Source: Geosiphon pyriformis uo1 (taxonomy: Eukaryota; Fungi; Glomeromycota). Taken from it: a DNA stretch of 64,000 bases. Every line of letters starts with the position of its first letter. Position 1 is the first letter of the stretch. Position numbers and translations under genes: made by a program. The stretch spans positions 1,284,546 to 1,348,545 of the forward strand of contig JAAOMT010000523.1 in assembly GCA_016748015.1 (NCBI GenBank), in the 5' to 3' direction. The notes under the pieces are model-generated. The model saw nothing but the letters and a program-made list of their open reading frames with translations. It was not told where the DNA came from and searched no databases. Shown in pieces: positions 46,435 to 59,403 of this stretch.

Positions 46435-47380
46435 TGTTACCAGTAGAATTTTAGCTATTAATTAGCATGAAATTATCCTTATAATTCCTATTATTAATTA
46501 GCATATATTATTATTATTTCAAATATCACTTATTATTTAATCAAATTATGAAATATTATTACTCAATTATTAATCCGATTTGTACTCTAGAAATTAAGAT
46601 AATCAAATTACACAATATTTTAAACCATTTAATATAGTTAAAATTCGCCAAAATTAATAGAAATTGGCCAAAATAATTAATAGTTCAGTGAAATAACTTG
46701 TAGTTTGCTGAAATGTATCTTTAGTTTACCCAAATTATAGCAAAAAAAAAAGTGCAAGTTCAAAGACTAGTACTACAACAAGTTGTGTAAAAGAAGAGCT
46801 TTTCTCTTCAAGAAAATATATCTTTTCATAGTATCTTATTATAGCATCCTACTTTAGATATCTTAATTGAAACGAATCACCTTTTACACATTCAAATAAA
46901 AATTAAATATTCAAAAACCAAATCCTTAAAGTATTATACTTGAAATTTTCTCAACACAACTAATGTTTTGAAATTAATTAGCTACCAATTTTAATAAACT
47001 GTTAATGACTCCAGGCCTGAATAGAAAACGTTTTCCTTGATAAAATTCTATTTTTTTTTCTTATTATAATCATTAAGGTAGCCTACAGACAAGATTCTTG
47101 TAGAAGAGTTGGCTTTCACAGCAAAGTAACTACACATTTTTAGTGAGCTTCCAGATGAGCAATTCCTGAAAAAGAGTTGACATTTACTACAATGTAACTA
47201 CATAAAGCAACTGATATGGAATTGGTTATTTCATTTATAAGCCCAGTAGTTTAAATTATAGGAGATAATTTGAAGATAAATTCAGTTACTGGAGGTCCAA
47301 TTACTTCCTGAGAATATGAATTCACAGCAAATTAACATTAACAACATTCAAAAAAAAGAGACCAAAAACTTTCAGTAATA
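46435..47380 (+). mobile_element. Solo LTR, family L1, in RT of F
   Basis: TGTTACCAG...CAGTAATA. TSD is poor (TAGT/CCGT) but the host RT resumes. Confidence 0.88.
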
Positions 47381-50300
47381 CCGTTTTTCTTAGTAATTAA
47401 GACTATTAAGGAGAACCAAAGGCTTAATGATTCTTTGATTAAGTCATTATTAAGCATTTATTGTACTTCTTGCTTAATTAAATTGTCACCAGTTGGAGGT
47501 ACTTGGTAAGCCCATTGTTTAATAGGTTGAGTGTCTCTCATATCAATCTAATGCTTTACAATGTCAGTGTGTTCAAACTTATTTTTGCTGCAAAGACATT
47601 GGTATATTAATTCAAGAGAACCTTAAGTTGCATTTGCTGCAGAGTATTTAAGTTCCCTAGATTTAATTTATTGATTTCTTCTAACATAAACAAGTAACTT
47701 TTTTTTGGCAGGTTTCATACTTGTAAGGTAATGTCACAGAATAAGAACAATTGTGCAAAATTTGAAATAAACTGGAGTTTATTTGAATTTCAAATATCTG
47801 GAGATATGAAACCAATGAGGATTCCCTTCAGGATTTCTATAATGTCTTTGGTCGGATTGTAAATGGGAATTTTAAAGTGCTTATAGGTCTTTGCTGGTAG
47901 ATATAAGTTAGCAACATCAGCTAGAGAACAGATTTTAGAATCTACTTCGAATAACAGGACTTGATTTTGGATTGTTCTGTTCACTTTAAGAACATATTGT
48001 CAGTATGAAGGGATGGAAATAATGGTGTCAGTGTAGATAAGTTCTACTTTGTTACTGTTCTTTTCTGTGAAATTAACTGGTATGTTTTTTCTTCCACTTG
48101 ATCCAAATTCATTGATTTCTTTAACAGTAAGGCCTAATTCTTTGCAGATTATCACTAAGATTAATTGTAGTATTTTCATTAAGGGCAAAAAAATAGCTTG
48201 AACTATTTTTTCATGTAATTCTATTTTGTAGGTTTATCTGAATTGTTTTACAACATTATGATGATGTTTTTTATATAATTGGCATCAATAATTCTTCTCT
48301 TTATGTCGATTTCTTTCTTGGCTAAACTAGATCAAAAGGCAACTTGTATCATTATACTAACAGGAATTTTTAATGCTATTTTAAGATCTATTGTTATAAG
48401 AAAATGTGAGGCTATAACTATGGTTGATTGTTCAAAGTATCATAGGTTGAAACCAGTATCAGTACTATGCACTCTTTTGGGGCAGATTTTTTTCTCATTG
48501 TCACTGTATTATTTTAATTATAATTCTTTGGATAGGTTAGAATATGTGAGATATTGCTCTGTTTTAGTATTCTCAGTTAGATCTTAAAATGACATGTCTT
48601 CAATGATTAATTCCTCTTCTATTTCAGGTTCAGGTAGTTTAATAATCAGGTATAGTTTTCTTGGAGGTGAGTTGAACATGATATTACATTTGTTGCAATA
48701 TTGAAAGTGACAAGAGATCAAACAATAATCACATAGTTTTATGTTTAGGTCAGCTAACCATTATTTCTGCTCTTCCCTAGTTGATGCCAGGTTCTAGTAG
48801 TGCTCATGGAAGTATTTTGGATTGTCTTTAATGTTGCCAAAAATGTCAAAAGTCATAACATATTTAGGTTCTGAAAGAAATAAGGAGTTGTTTTTGATTT
48901 CTAGTAATTTCCTGGTTGTAGTGCCCTCTGTTTTTGCACTTGCTATTCTCCAAATCTTATGTTTGTCATGAGGATATCTGTCTAATTGTTATAATGCTTA
49001 TTTCCAGGTGTCATCAATTGAAGTTCTTTTTTGTATTCAATCATTGATTAAGATTATATATTAACATGCTTTGTCATATGTTCTTCCTCTGCCAAAAACA
49101 TTATTCCATAGTCTTTTATTTGGCAGAATCTTGTCACAGGCAAGGCATAGTGTATTGTCCCATTTATCTTGTTGTTTTGGTCTGCCAAATTTTTTTAACA
49201 CACAAGATCTGCAATAATGTTTGGTGGCAGTTGGCCATTCCTTATTGTTTCCAATACATATTCCCATAGAAGATAACTTTTTTCTACAGTCAACACAAAT
49301 TAATTTTGGGATTTAATATTATTGACTTTCTTGACTTGGGACAGAATAGTCTGCAGGTGCTAATTGTAGTTTTTTTTCTGCTTTTCTTTCCTTTTTTTTC
49401 CCAAGTTGGTAGTAGAGGTAACTCTGTTTGGAAATCATCTGTTCACAAAACTTGATAGGTTTCTATGGTTGGTAGTAGTGTTGTGTCTTTGAATTCAATT
49501 AGTAGTTCCTTCAAGCTATGGACTTTAAAGTATCTGCACATAGCCAAGACTTGGGCATGTTATCTATTAAAGATAATCTGTAATTTCTGTGTGTTCTAGT
49601 TAAGAGTGGCATGGGCTTTAGCCAATCAGTCATTTCTAATGAGAGCTTGATATTGTGTGATTTTTATGACCAGAACTTTTGTAGAAATTTGGATTCCATT
49701 GATTTCAAAGAAAAAATTATCGATTTCTTTGATTGGAGTTTTGGTATTGCTATCTGCAGTAATAATTCAGGTGGTTGCAACACAATTTACTTGGTGACCT
49801 AATTAATTCATGAGTTGTTTTGTTATTATATTGCCTGCTGATCTACTATCGAGAATTAATTTAATGTCTATGTTTCTGACTTTAGCATTAGTGTATAGGG
49901 CCATAATTGGTTTGTCCTGATTTATGGCAGCTCTACTGAAAAGGCCATTTGTGTTTAAACTATCAATATTGAAGAGAAAAATAGCAGCAAGAGTGGTATC
50001 TTTAGTAATAGTGGTGGGTAAAATAGTATTGTTAGTTTAATTTTGCCTTGAAGGATTGAGAGTTTCTCCTACATCCTTCTTTTCTAAAGATGTAAAGCTA
50101 TAAAAATTCTGGTTTTCAGTGAAACCAAGATATGAGACTTGGTTAGGGTATTCAGTTGGTGCTGGTTAAGATGGAGCATTACTATAATTTAGAAATTGTG
50201 ATGGTACACTGTAAGTTAGCATTTGATTGTTGTTGGAGTTCCTCTATTCTTAATTGTAGTCAATTACATGATGTTTAGGTTGGTTATAAACAGGGTTTTG

Positions 50301-51461
50301 GTACTAGAGTGCTGCTTGAGCCATTGATTGCAATGACTGGTAATAATTTTGAGGTGGTTGCTAAGTATACTGAATTTGTTGTGAGTATTGAGACAGTTGA
50401 TATTGAGGTGTAAGGTATTGGAATATTATGTTTTGAAAGTATTTCGGTTGCTGATATTGATTTCTTTGATTTTGGTCTATTACTTTCTTATGGCAGTTCT
50501 AAGTGATATGTCCAGATTTCTGGCAATAGTAATAATTATAAGGATCAGATCTCCAAGATTGTTGTTGTTGCTGATAATTCTGTTGTTGTTGGTATCTGTT
50601 ATTATTACTATCTTTTTATTGTGGTGGCTAATAGGGTTCTATAGTACTGGCTAAAAATCTCTCAATTTTCTGAGTTAATTTCTTACTTAATTGAGTTATT
50701 TTTGTGTCAATATTGGATGTTCTATTAATAGCCAAGTTAACAGCTTGAGTATGATTAGCCTTTTGTTCTGCTGACTCAAAGTCATGAGCAAAAGTAACTG
50801 TTTCTTGTAGATTTGTTAAGTGGCAGGATCTTACAGATTGGAGGAGGCTGCTCTTTAATTCTTTAATAAATTGATTAAGGATTTGCATTACAGTATAGTA
50901 GTCCCTTTCAATGGCCTGGATTTGACAAAAAATTTGGTTGAATCATCCAAGATAAGTGGTCACTGCTTCATAATCTTTTTGTTTTATAATACTGAACTGA
51001 TTTTGTAATCTGATGAAAGTATTGAGGTCACAAAAGTATTGCAAAAAGACAAGTTTAAAGATGGCAAAGTCAGTTGGTTTCTTTGCAAAGCTTTGATACC
51101 ATAAATCTATAATTCTGATCAGAAAGAATGACAATGCTTGAATGGTCCTATCATCATCCCAATTGTTGGCAGTAATGGCTTTCTTGGCTTCTGCAATCTA
51201 TGTATATGTGTTATCTTTTTCATTGGAGAATTTTTCTAATTTGGCAATATTTTGGTAAGTCGTAATTTAGTGAATAGGTGAAGTTTTATTGGTTGATGCT
51301 GAAAGATTTGGTGTTTGCATGCTAGAATGTTTTTCTGGTGCTAATTTTGGTTGTTTTCTTTTGTTAATTTTCCCAATGGGCTGAAGGATAACTGTTTTTT
51401 TAGAGAAAATAGTTGATGATTTGGCCAAGAATTGGGTTGGTGGTAGTTTCTATGTTGATGT

Positions 51462-52429
51462 TGTTACTGGAGGTTTTTGGTCTCTTTTTTTAAATGTTGT
51501 TAATGTCTGTTTGTTGTAAATTCATGTTTTCTAGAAGTAGTTGAACCTCCAATAATTGAATTTATCTTTAAATTATCTCCTATAATTTGAACTGTTGGGC
51601 TTATGAGTGGAATGACCAATTTTTTGCCAGTTACTTGTGTAGTTATGCTGTAGTAAACATCAACTCTTTTCCAGAAATTGCTCATCTGGAAGCTCACTAA
51701 ATGCTTAGTTACTTTGCTGTGAAAGTCAACTCTTCTACAGGAATCTTGTCTGTAGGCTACTCTAATGATTATAATAAGAAAAAAAAAGAAAAATAAAAGA
51801 AATGTAAAAGAAATAGAATTTTGTTAAGGAAATCGTTTTTTGTCCAGGCCTGGAGTCACTAACAGTTTTATTGAAATTGGTAGCTAATTAATTTCAAAAT
51901 ATTAATTGGGTTTTGGAGATTTTTCAAGTGTAATAATTGAAAGATTTGATTTTTTTGAATTATTTGATATTTTTTTTTTTGTGTATATAAGAATGGTTCT
52001 AAGTAATAAATCTAAAGTAAAATACATTTCCTTGAAGAGAAAAGCTCTTCTTTTATACAACTTGTTGTAGTACTAGTCTATAAACTTGCACTTTTTCTCT
52101 TTGCTCAATTTTCGGTGAACTAAAAATACATTTTGATAAACTACAAGTTATTTTGCTGAACTATTGATTAATTTGGGTGAATTATTCATAATTTCGGCAA
52201 ATTTTTTATAAATTTCGGCGAATTTTAGAATGTTACAAAGTTCAGGATATTGTGTAATTTAATCATCCTACTTTCTGTTATACTAATTATATTATTTAAT
52301 TGAATCGTGATATGTGGTAATTGATTAAATAATAAGTAATAATTTGAAATGATATTAATATACTAATTAATTATAGGAATTATAAGTGTAATTTCATGCT
52401 AATTAATAGCTAAAATTCTACTGGTAACA
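51462..52429 (-). mobile_element. Solo LTR, family L1 (A-like subtype), in gag of F
   Basis: TGTTACTGG...CTGGTAACA, perfect TSD ATGT/ATGT. Confidence 0.93.
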
Positions 52430-54137
52430 ATGTATTTCTGTCTGTTTTATTAATTGTTGAAGTGAGATTTCCAAACAATGATCCATATTTTCTTAATGAT
52501 TTGGTCCAACTGTGTTGACCCTAGAGGTCTAAATTTCCAGAAGTTTGTGGTGTTTCTAACTGGGTTTCTAGAGATGGGTTGAATACAATTCTACTTTGGG
52601 GTATTTGATGATATAATAGAGTTGTTGGGGAGAGGAACCTTGGTTTCTTGTTAACTGTAAACTTGGCTTGGACAGTTGTGGAGTTGTTGGATTTGTCTTC
52701 ATATTCTTCAAAGTCGAATTCTACTGGTTGTTGTACTTGAAGAAATTGTTTTGTCATGTAATATTTAATATCTGTATCAATTATGCATAGAGTTTCAGTG
52801 ATTGTTCAGGTAGTTGTGGCTGTTAAGTATCTTAATAAGCTTTGATGGATTTGTTCTTTCAGTTTTCCATTATCAGTTGTACAGTCTAATAAGCAATCAA
52901 TTTTTGCATTGATATAGTTACAAAAATCACTTTTTGCATAAGCAGTTTCTACTAATATTTCTAGATTTTTTCAAAAGTATTAAAATAATGCTTTTCTGTA
53001 TAAGAAGTGGTCCTTTTTTACTGTTTCAATAGTTGCCACTTCTGGAGTGCTCTGTCTCTGTGGATTTATAACCTCATAGGAAGCATCAAATATTATAAAT
53101 AAACTTGGTAGAATAAGGAGATAGTAACATTTGGTGCTCTCAATTATTGGTAATGTGTGTTTCATGTAATTCCAATAGCTTAATCTTTGTTTATCAGTCT
53201 CTAAAGATCTTATTTTATTGGTTGTGAATTTACTTGTTGAATTTTTTGGTTATAAGACATAGAGTTTTGGTTTTTGCTAATTGCAACTTCTTATAAAGAT
53301 GAGCTTTCTTCTCTGAACTAATAAGTGCAGTTATTAAGGTCTGGTGTTGTTTTTTTACCTTTCTGGTAAACTATCAAGATAACATTAATATTTAAAAACC
53401 TAAGAAGAACTTCTTGCTTTTACCAGACTATTACAAAGTCTATTCTTAAACAGTCAATTTTACTATGTTGCCACTCCACAAGAAAAAAATAGAAAAAGAA
53501 AAATAAAATAAAATAAAAAAAATAAAATAAAAAAAAAGATAAATTAATATCATCAATCACCATGATCAAGAACAATTGGTCCAAATTGTTAATAGTTTAA
53601 GGTGATTATACTAAAAGCATCTGTTCTAGAACAAAAATACAAAACAATAATTAATTTACATAAATTTCACAAAGTTTGAGAACATAAATTCATGATTCTG
53701 ATTTTTTAAAAATTAATTTATTTCAGAAGATGAATATGGAATATAATAAATAATAAAGAGGTATGGATATGTGATTCTTGTCTAGTGGTTTGTATTTATC
53801 TGTTTGCCTGTTTCTACCTTTTACAACTACTCACTTTTATACATTCTTTTGGTTTTACAGAATTGCTTCTGATTGTTTTATTATTGCTAACTATTGCTTT
53901 GTTATTTTTGTTATTACTTTATTTTCTTATATTATTACTAGTTATTCTATGTTATAGTATATTATCTAGTATTATTATGTATTATTCTGTATTATCTTAT
54001 GTTGTAACACATTATTCTGTACTATCCTAAGTTATAATACATTATCCAATGTTATTGTGTACTATTCTGTGTTATGTTATATTCTGGTCATATTTTTTTA
54101 TAACTTCAGATCAGTTTTTTTACTTGGGTAATAATGC

Positions 54138-55091
54138 TTTCAAAGATAAAAAAAAGACTGCATTTATCACAAGAAAAAAAAATATTAAATTTAATATAAT
54201 ATCTTTTAGCTTAATCAATGTACTAGTCACTTTTTAACAGCTTATGAAAATTGTTTATACTAAACTGCTATAGAAATCAGTAGTTGTTTATCTAAATAAC
54301 ACCAATGTGTTTTCAAAAACATTTAATAATCATCTGCATCACCTTCAACAAGTGTTTGAAAGATTGAGAAAAGCAAAATTAAAACTGAATGCAACAAAAT
54401 GCTTTTTTGGAAAAACAAAACTGAGATTTTTGGGACATGTTATTAGCAAAAATGGCATTAAAACAGATCCAAACAAAATTGAAATTGTAAAAAACTTTCT
54501 AGTACCAACCAACTTAATAGAACTAAGAGTATTCTTAGAATTTATTGAATATTACTACTATTTTATCCAGAATTTCTCCAAATTGGCTTAACCACTCCAC
54601 CAGCTTTAAGCCAAAAATGTGAAATATGAATGGACAAAAACCCAGCAAGAAGCTTTTGACATACTAAAAAAAAAGCTCATCTAAACACCAGTATTAATTT
54701 ATTCAGATCACAACAAACTATTTATCATTATCACTAATGCATTAGATCAAGCATTAGAAGCAATACTATCTCAAAAAAAACCAGATAGAAGAGAACACCT
54801 AGTAGCATATACCAGCCAAAGCTTAAGCCCAGCTAAAAAGAACTATGGAACTCTAGCATTAGAACATTTGGTTATCTATTGGGCTGTTATTAAATGGAAG
54901 AAATATTTAAGTCAAAAGTTTAATGTATACACTGATCACAAAAGATTGACATCAATCCAAAAGTAAAAATTTGGAGACAATTACCATGCAAGATAAAAAT
55001 AGAACTTGCACTATTTAAATATACAGTACATTATAAAAAAAGAAAAAAAAATGGAAATGCCAATGGTTTGTTATGAATGAAACAAATCTAA
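54138..55091 (+). pseudogene. pol: Element C RT and RNase H, ending at TAA 55089-55091
   Basis: VVYLNNTNV, KCFFGKTKLRFLGHVIS, IITNALDQALEAILSQ, VYTDHK, NANGLL. Confidence 0.88.
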
Positions 55092-55123
55092 GAACATTTT
55101 CAACCCAAAAATACAACAAAAAA

Positions 55124-56501
55124 ATGAACACACAAAAATATTAACAATTCTAACATTATATTAATATCCAATTGTTTAAAAAAAAATTATCTCAAAAGGA
55201 ACAAAACAACATAAAACAACAATCAAAATATTTTATCACTCACTAAAACATATTTTATTGGAAAAACAGAAGAAACTCAGATTAACCAACCACAGTAATT
55301 ACAGAACCAGAAAAAGAAACAATACTGTTTAACATGTACTTAAATCCAACAGCAGGACATTTTCATAAAGAAGCAACCATAAAAAGAACCAGAAAAAGAT
55401 ACTATTGGCCATCAATATATCCAAACATTATCTAATATGTTCAAAATTGTAATACTTGTCAGAAAAAAAGAGAAACAAGACAGCAAACCATTGAGACCAA
55501 TCAAAGTAGGACAAACATTTGATCAGATTGGAATTGATTTGGTCAGACCATTAACAATAACCAACAGAGACAACAGATATATTACAGTAGCCATAGATTA
55601 TCTTACAAAATAGCCAGAAATGAAAACAATTCAAAAAGCAGATGCAGAATTCATAGCCAAATTTGTTTATTAAGATTTGATTTATTAGCATAAATGTCTA
55701 AAAAAATTGTTATCAGATCAAGGAATTTACTTTGTAAACAAAATATTAACAGAATTAAGCCAAAAATTTGGAATCAAACAATTATTATCATTACTATATT
55801 ATCCACAAACCAATAGTTTAGTTGAAAAATTCAATAGAACACTGTGTAAAACAATTGCCAAGATCAGCCAAAAAAACCAGAATGAATAGAATTTGTTTAT
55901 ACTATTAGTATTATTTGCTTATTAGACAATGAAGCAAAATACTACACAAGTGACACCATTTGAATTAGTATATAATAGAACTGCAATATTATTAATTGAG
56001 ATAAAAGTCAACATATATTCAATAGAACTAATAACAGAATCCAATTTCCAAGAAACATTATTAAGAAAAACATATGATTTAATGAAAACTCTAGAAAACA
56101 AATGATAAAAAGTAGTTAATAACATCCAAAAGTTACAAGCAAAACAAAAAAAATGACATGATAACCAATTATCAAATAAATCAGTCAAATTCAAAATTGA
56201 AGACAAAGTACTTCTATATTATATCAAAACAAAAAAACAATGGAATGGAAAGTTTGACTTCAAATGAAATAAACTATTTTACATTGAAGAAATTCTAAAA
56301 AATAGAGCTTACAAGCTAAGATAAAACAACAAAATCTTAGCCAAAGCAGCACATAGTAATTGACTAAAATTCTATCACTATACATTATTATTTATCAATA
56401 ATATTCCACAACTGGGAGTACAAAGAATACTAGTTAAACCAGATAAGATTTCATGAGATCTAAAACCAATCATATTTATTAAAACAAACATGTCAATTTA
56501 A
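55124..56501 (+). pseudogene. int: Element C integrase ORF (own ATG at 55124)
   Basis: MNTQKY, GHFHKEAT, YYWPS, CNTCQ, FDQIGIDLV, LLSDQGIYF, LVEKFNRTL, LKPIIFI. Confidence 0.88.
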
Positions 56502-56554
56502 TCTACCAAAACAATATATAAGAAACCAAAGCACATGACAATGACAACAATAAG

Positions 56555-57190
56555 ATAGAAATTTTAGACCACATTCATTAATTAGCACAACAATTATTTC
56601 AGGCCATAAATTAACAACAAACAGACATAAAAATAATGATCAATTATCAAACCATCTGCTATAAAAACACTAAAAAAGAAAAAAAAAAGACCACACCATA
56701 TTAATAAGCACATAAAAAAGTCAACAATAATATTAACAAAATTGTTAAAAAAGTAAAAAACATTTTTAAAAAACTGATTGTTACTATCCAACCAAGAAAA
56801 ATGACAACAAAAAATTGGAATCAATAGATAGAACAATTTTCAGTTTTATATTGCTATTGATATTTGAAACAAAAACTAAGGATCCAAAATTTGTATATTG
56901 ATCAAACCAAAAGAGTCTTCAATCAAAAGATTATATAAGACATAGAAAATTTTATTGGAAAGAAATCCAATTTGAATATTTATATTAAAACTATCTACCA
57001 CTTTTTAAGACTATTCAGAGATACTACTACAACCAGAAATTAATAGCTTATTAATCAATTAATAAAAAAGAATGATCAATAGTCAATTTAAGAAGCTTTA
57101 CAGAAAAATAGATAAGATAATCTTAAAAAAAAAGTTATGAAATTATTATAAGAAAGAATATTAAAAAATTTTGATGAAGTTCAATATTAA
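56555..57190 (+). pseudogene. Element C ORF3
   Basis: (M)EILDHIH.LAQQLFQAIN...RVFNQKII.DIENFIGKKSNLNIYIKTIYHF...NFDEVQY*, homologous to E and F ORF3. Confidence 0.72.
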
Positions 57191-57203
57191 AAAAAAAAAA
57201 TAA

Positions 57204-58142
57204 TATTATATGTAGAAAAGAAAAAAAAATAATACATAATCAATAAATAAAAACACATAATAATAAATTAGCCAATTAAAATAGAAAAAAAAAAATGATT
57301 TTTCAGAAAATTCTGAATGTTTCAGAAAATCTAGGATTATTTAGAAAATCCAAGATATTTTAAAAAATTAAGAATTTCTCAGAAAAATTCTGAATCTATT
57401 AGGAAATCAAAGATTTTGTAAGAAATTTAGCAAAAAAAAATTTCTTATGTAAAGAAAATTATGTATATATAACAGTAACATTAAAAGCAAGAAAAGCATT
57501 CAACTTAATTTAAAATTTCTTATTTCTATCTATTTATTAATCACTTCAAAAATAATTACTATTAACCAAAGTAAAATTATCAAATATTAAATAAAACATA
57601 CTTGTTATCATTTCATTCATATTACTGTTAACTAATTAAGAAGCTGAATTACTCTTCCACTATTAACACTCTATGTTGATAATATTCAATATGTAACTAC
57701 ACTAGAATAATAGCTTTTGATCATGACTATTGACAGAATACTAACTTTCATTGTCTTGACTTATTTTCTTTATTTTTTTTTATTGTTTTTTTCTTTTGTT
57801 TTGTTTCTTTGTTATTACTAATTGATTAAAGATTAAGTGCTGATTAAATTGATGTCAAAGATTGTTTGATAAAAAACTTCTACAAGAGAATAGAATACTT
57901 ACAAATTAAGAATTGCTTATTAGAAGATTGCTGGCCACCAAGCTGAAAAAAAAATTAATAGAATTGTGATTCCAGAAAGCTATGAATCAAACATTAAGTA
58001 AATTTCTGTCTACTATACAAAAAACTCAGCCAAAATCTTCAGATACATAAAATTTTTAGACAACCACCAATTCAAAGTATTAATTGAGCACCAAGTTATA
58101 GGTTTATTATTTATTCTACCACCCAAATAATTACCTGTAACA
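57204..58142 (+). repeat. 3' LTR of element C (family L2)
   Basis: Preceded by an A-run (decayed PPT); ends CCTGTAACA; similar to 1-324 and to the reverse complement of 2692-3537. Confidence 0.85.
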
Positions 58143-59403
58143 GTGTCAAGTGTTTTACTGTTAAGGTTTTTAGTTTCTAAGTAAAAATTGTTTCTAACTT
58201 CTGAAATATTATAGTTTCTAAAAAATAATTATTAATATGGTTTTTAATATATTGATATTATGTTTTCTTAAAAATTTCAATTCTATTTTGAATGTTGAAT
58301 CTTTGCTTGCAGTAAGTGTAAATTGATTAATAATACTTTAGAGTTATTGTGTTAAATGTGGTTGCTACTTTAGAGTTATTGTGTTAGATATGGTTGCTAC
58401 TTTGAAGTTATTGTTGTTGTGTTATTTTTGTAGAAAACCACCAAATATTATTAAAGATTTTTGGTCTCTTTTTTTAATTGTTGTTAATATTAGTTTGCTG
58501 TTTAATTTACATTTATTGGAAGCTATTGAACCTCTGATAACTGAATTTATCTTCAAATTATTTCTTATAATTTGAATTGCTGGGCTTATAAATAAAATGG
58601 CCAATTCTATACTAGTAGCTTTATATAATTATATTGTAGTAAATATTAACTCTTTTTCAAGAATTGTTTATCTAGAAGCTTACTAAAAATATATAGTTAC
58701 TTTGCGGTAAAAGTCAATTTTTCTACAGAAATTTTGTTTGTAGATTATCCTAATAATTATAATAAGAAAAAAATATAAAATATAAAAATATAAAAAAAAT
58801 AAAATTTTGTTAAGAAAATTGTTTTTTTGGTCCAAATTTGGAATTACTAATGGTTTACTAAAATTGGTAGCTAATTAATTTCAAAACATTAGTTAAATTT
58901 TGAAGAATTTCAAGTGTAATTATTTCAAAAATTGGTTTTTAAAGTATATTTTATTTATTTTGAATTTGTATTGTTAGATAATTTTAAGAGAAAATAAGAT
59001 AAGATATTTATAGTTAAATACATTTTCTTAAAGAAAGAGAAGCTTTTCTTTTATAAAACTTGTTGTAGTACTAGTCTATAAACTTAAACTTTTTTTTTGC
59101 TATAATTTTGATAAACTATAAGTTATTTTATCAAACTATTAACTATTTTGGTAAACTATTTATTATTTTGGCGAATTTTAGCAAATTTTAGCAAATTTTT
59201 AAATATTACATAGTTCAGAGTATTGTGTTATTTAATTATCCTAATTTCTATTGTACAACTTGAATTATTAATTAAGTAGTAATATTCAATAATTTGGTTA
59301 AGTAATTAATAATAATTGAAATAATATTAATATATGCTAATTAATAATAGAAATTATAAAAATAATTTTATGCTAATTTATAACTAAAATTTTACTGGTA
59401 ATA
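58143..59403 (-). mobile_element. Element G: 5' end of an old L1-family element (gag start, PBS, 5' LTR 58446-59403); host of element C
   Basis: 58143-58445 aligns with A 16670-16960. Heavily A/T-shifted L1 LTR; right flank TTGA. Confidence 0.85.

Larger units (their letters stand above)
45320..53039 (-). pseudogene. gag-pol: Element F gag-pol, including dUTPase at about 48090-48460; interrupted by solo LTRs 46435-47380 and 51462-52429
   Basis: YLDDTNM, EFGSSG, Cys-rich ORF 49061-49267, LILDSRSAG, gag ORFs 50628-51134. Confidence 0.88.
42075..54133 (-). mobile_element. Element F: full-length decayed Ty3/gypsy element (L3-type LTRs 42075-43108 and 53091-54133)
   Basis: Paired LTRs, perfect TSD ATGC/ATGC, PPT AAAAAAAGAGAGATAA at about 43109-43124, PBS about 53071-53088. 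Confidence 0.9.
3538..58142 (+). mobile_element. Element C: older Ty3/gypsy element (L2 3' LTR) split by insertions of D, B, E and F. Own segments are 3538-4256, 26650-27875, 39636-42074 and 54138-58142
   Basis: Peptides rejoin across each insertion (LLQYV|HSMHP, LVGNN|WLSKT, LFDA|FKDKKKTAF, the last with a small deletion). Domain order gag-PR-Cys-DUT-RT-RH-IN-ORF3-PPT-LTR is preserved. Confidence 0.85.

Noticed and set aside
51500-51697. Small ORF inside the L1 LTR (also 58422-58604)
   Set aside because: The frame is not preserved in the best-preserved L1 copies, and no motif is recognisable.
52980-53165. ATG in the F LTR in frame with gag, as the true gag start
   Set aside because: The equivalent frame is closed in the related element E and nothing similar is seen in A or D; treated as chance, though not fully excluded.
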